Of a stretch of DNA of 29,214 bases, positions 28,691-29,214 are shown piece after piece. The translations under genes were made by a program, and so were the position numbers. The DNA is from Candidatus Sysuimicrobiota bacterium (lineage in GTDB: Bacteria > Sysuimicrobiota > Sysuimicrobiia > Sysuimicrobiales > Sysuimicrobiaceae), in contig PSLI01000028.1 of NCBI GenBank assembly GCA_040289515.1, forward strand, positions 1 through 29,214, read 5' to 3'. Every line of letters begins with the position of its first letter. Positions within the stretch are counted from its first letter, which is position 1. The notes beneath the pieces are model-generated. The model searched no databases. It saw only the letters and a program-made list of their open reading frames with translations, and had not been told where the DNA came from.

Positions 28691-28994
28691 CGGAAGTTCT
28701 CGACACTACGTCGGCCCGGTCGACCAGACGTAGAAAGACCCTGCGGCCCCGGGGATGCTTTAAGTTAAGGGCAAGGCTGCGTTTGTTCCGGTTGAGGGCG
28801 ATAAAGCCGGCGCTTTCGCCGTCCAGGAAGGGGGGCGTGGCCCGGCTGTGGTCGCCGCCGTCGGGGTTCTCGATTTTGATCACATCGGCCCCCAGGTCGG
28901 CCAGAAGCATGGCGCAGTAAGGCCCGGCCATAAAGTGGGCCAGCTCAAGGACGCGAATCCCATGCAGGGGTGGCAAAGGTTCGGCTCCGTTCAT
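28691..28994 (-). pseudogene. CaiB/BaiF (family III) CoA-transferase, 5' fragment truncated by the IS
   Basis: GGAGG RBS; PLHGIRVLELAHFMAGPYCAMLLADLGADVIKIE; NRNKRSLALNLK; DRADVV. The expected ENFR is present one base out of frame and stops at the IS end. Confidence 0.88.
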
Positions 28995-29055
28995 GGCAAC
29001 CTCCGGGGAAGATTTTAACCGATTGACGCCGGTCCTTGCCGGCTTGAAGGCGGCC

Positions 29056-29214
29056 CTAGGCCCGGAGGCGTCGGCGGGCCTCCTCAATCTCGCCCCGAAC
29101 GGCGGGCTCGAGCAGGCGAACGGCGGCCCTGGGCGGAACCCCTGAGCCATAGAGAAGTAGGACGTACATGATGCCGAAGATGGGCAGGTGTCCTAGTAGC
29201 TCCACTGGGGGCAG
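29056..29214 (-). CDS. 3' end of a membrane protein, possibly DoxX-like; 5' part outside the window
   Basis: Not in the ORF track. Open frame from the window edge: LPPVELLGHLPIFGIMYVLLLYGSGVPPRAAVRLLEPAVRGEIEEARRRLRA, TAG at 29058-29056. Confidence 0.55.
   Translation of the reverse strand: MPPVELLGHLPIFGIMYVLLLYGSGVPPRAAVRLLEPAVRGEIEEARRRLRA

Noticed and set aside
28005..28700. Target-site duplication and right inverted repeat of the IS
   Set aside because: Not found; the right end appears deleted, so neither can be assessed.

Overview
A very GC-rich bacterial chromosomal segment. Gene content suggests a diderm member of the Terrabacteria (inference only). Left half, minus strand: a cell-envelope cluster, glmU-prs-wecA/tagO-like-wecB, then a small secreted lipoyl-fold protein, a secreted SpoIVB/S55-type protease, TamB, an alternative sigma-70 factor, a single-pass membrane protein, BamA/Omp85 and two Skp/OmpH-like genes (the second runs off the window and is missing from the ORF track). 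Middle: a yybP-ykoY (Mn2+) riboswitch with its promoter and an overlapping terminator ahead of a TerC/Alx gene, two hypotheticals, a YbaK-family deacylase, a fused heme A/heme O synthase, a membrane protein and transketolase. Right: a compact two-gene operon encoding a TPR-CHAT caspase-like protease and a signal-peptide-less S8 subtilase, both with intact catalytic residues. It abuts a decayed region where an IS256 remnant truncates a CaiB CoA-transferase and is fused in frame to a frameshifted acyl-CoA synthetase. The two best candidates for undescribed systems are the CHAT-S8 protease pair and the S55 protease/sigma/putative anti-sigma module embedded in the TamB-BamA-Skp cluster. All calls come from motif reading; no searches were run.
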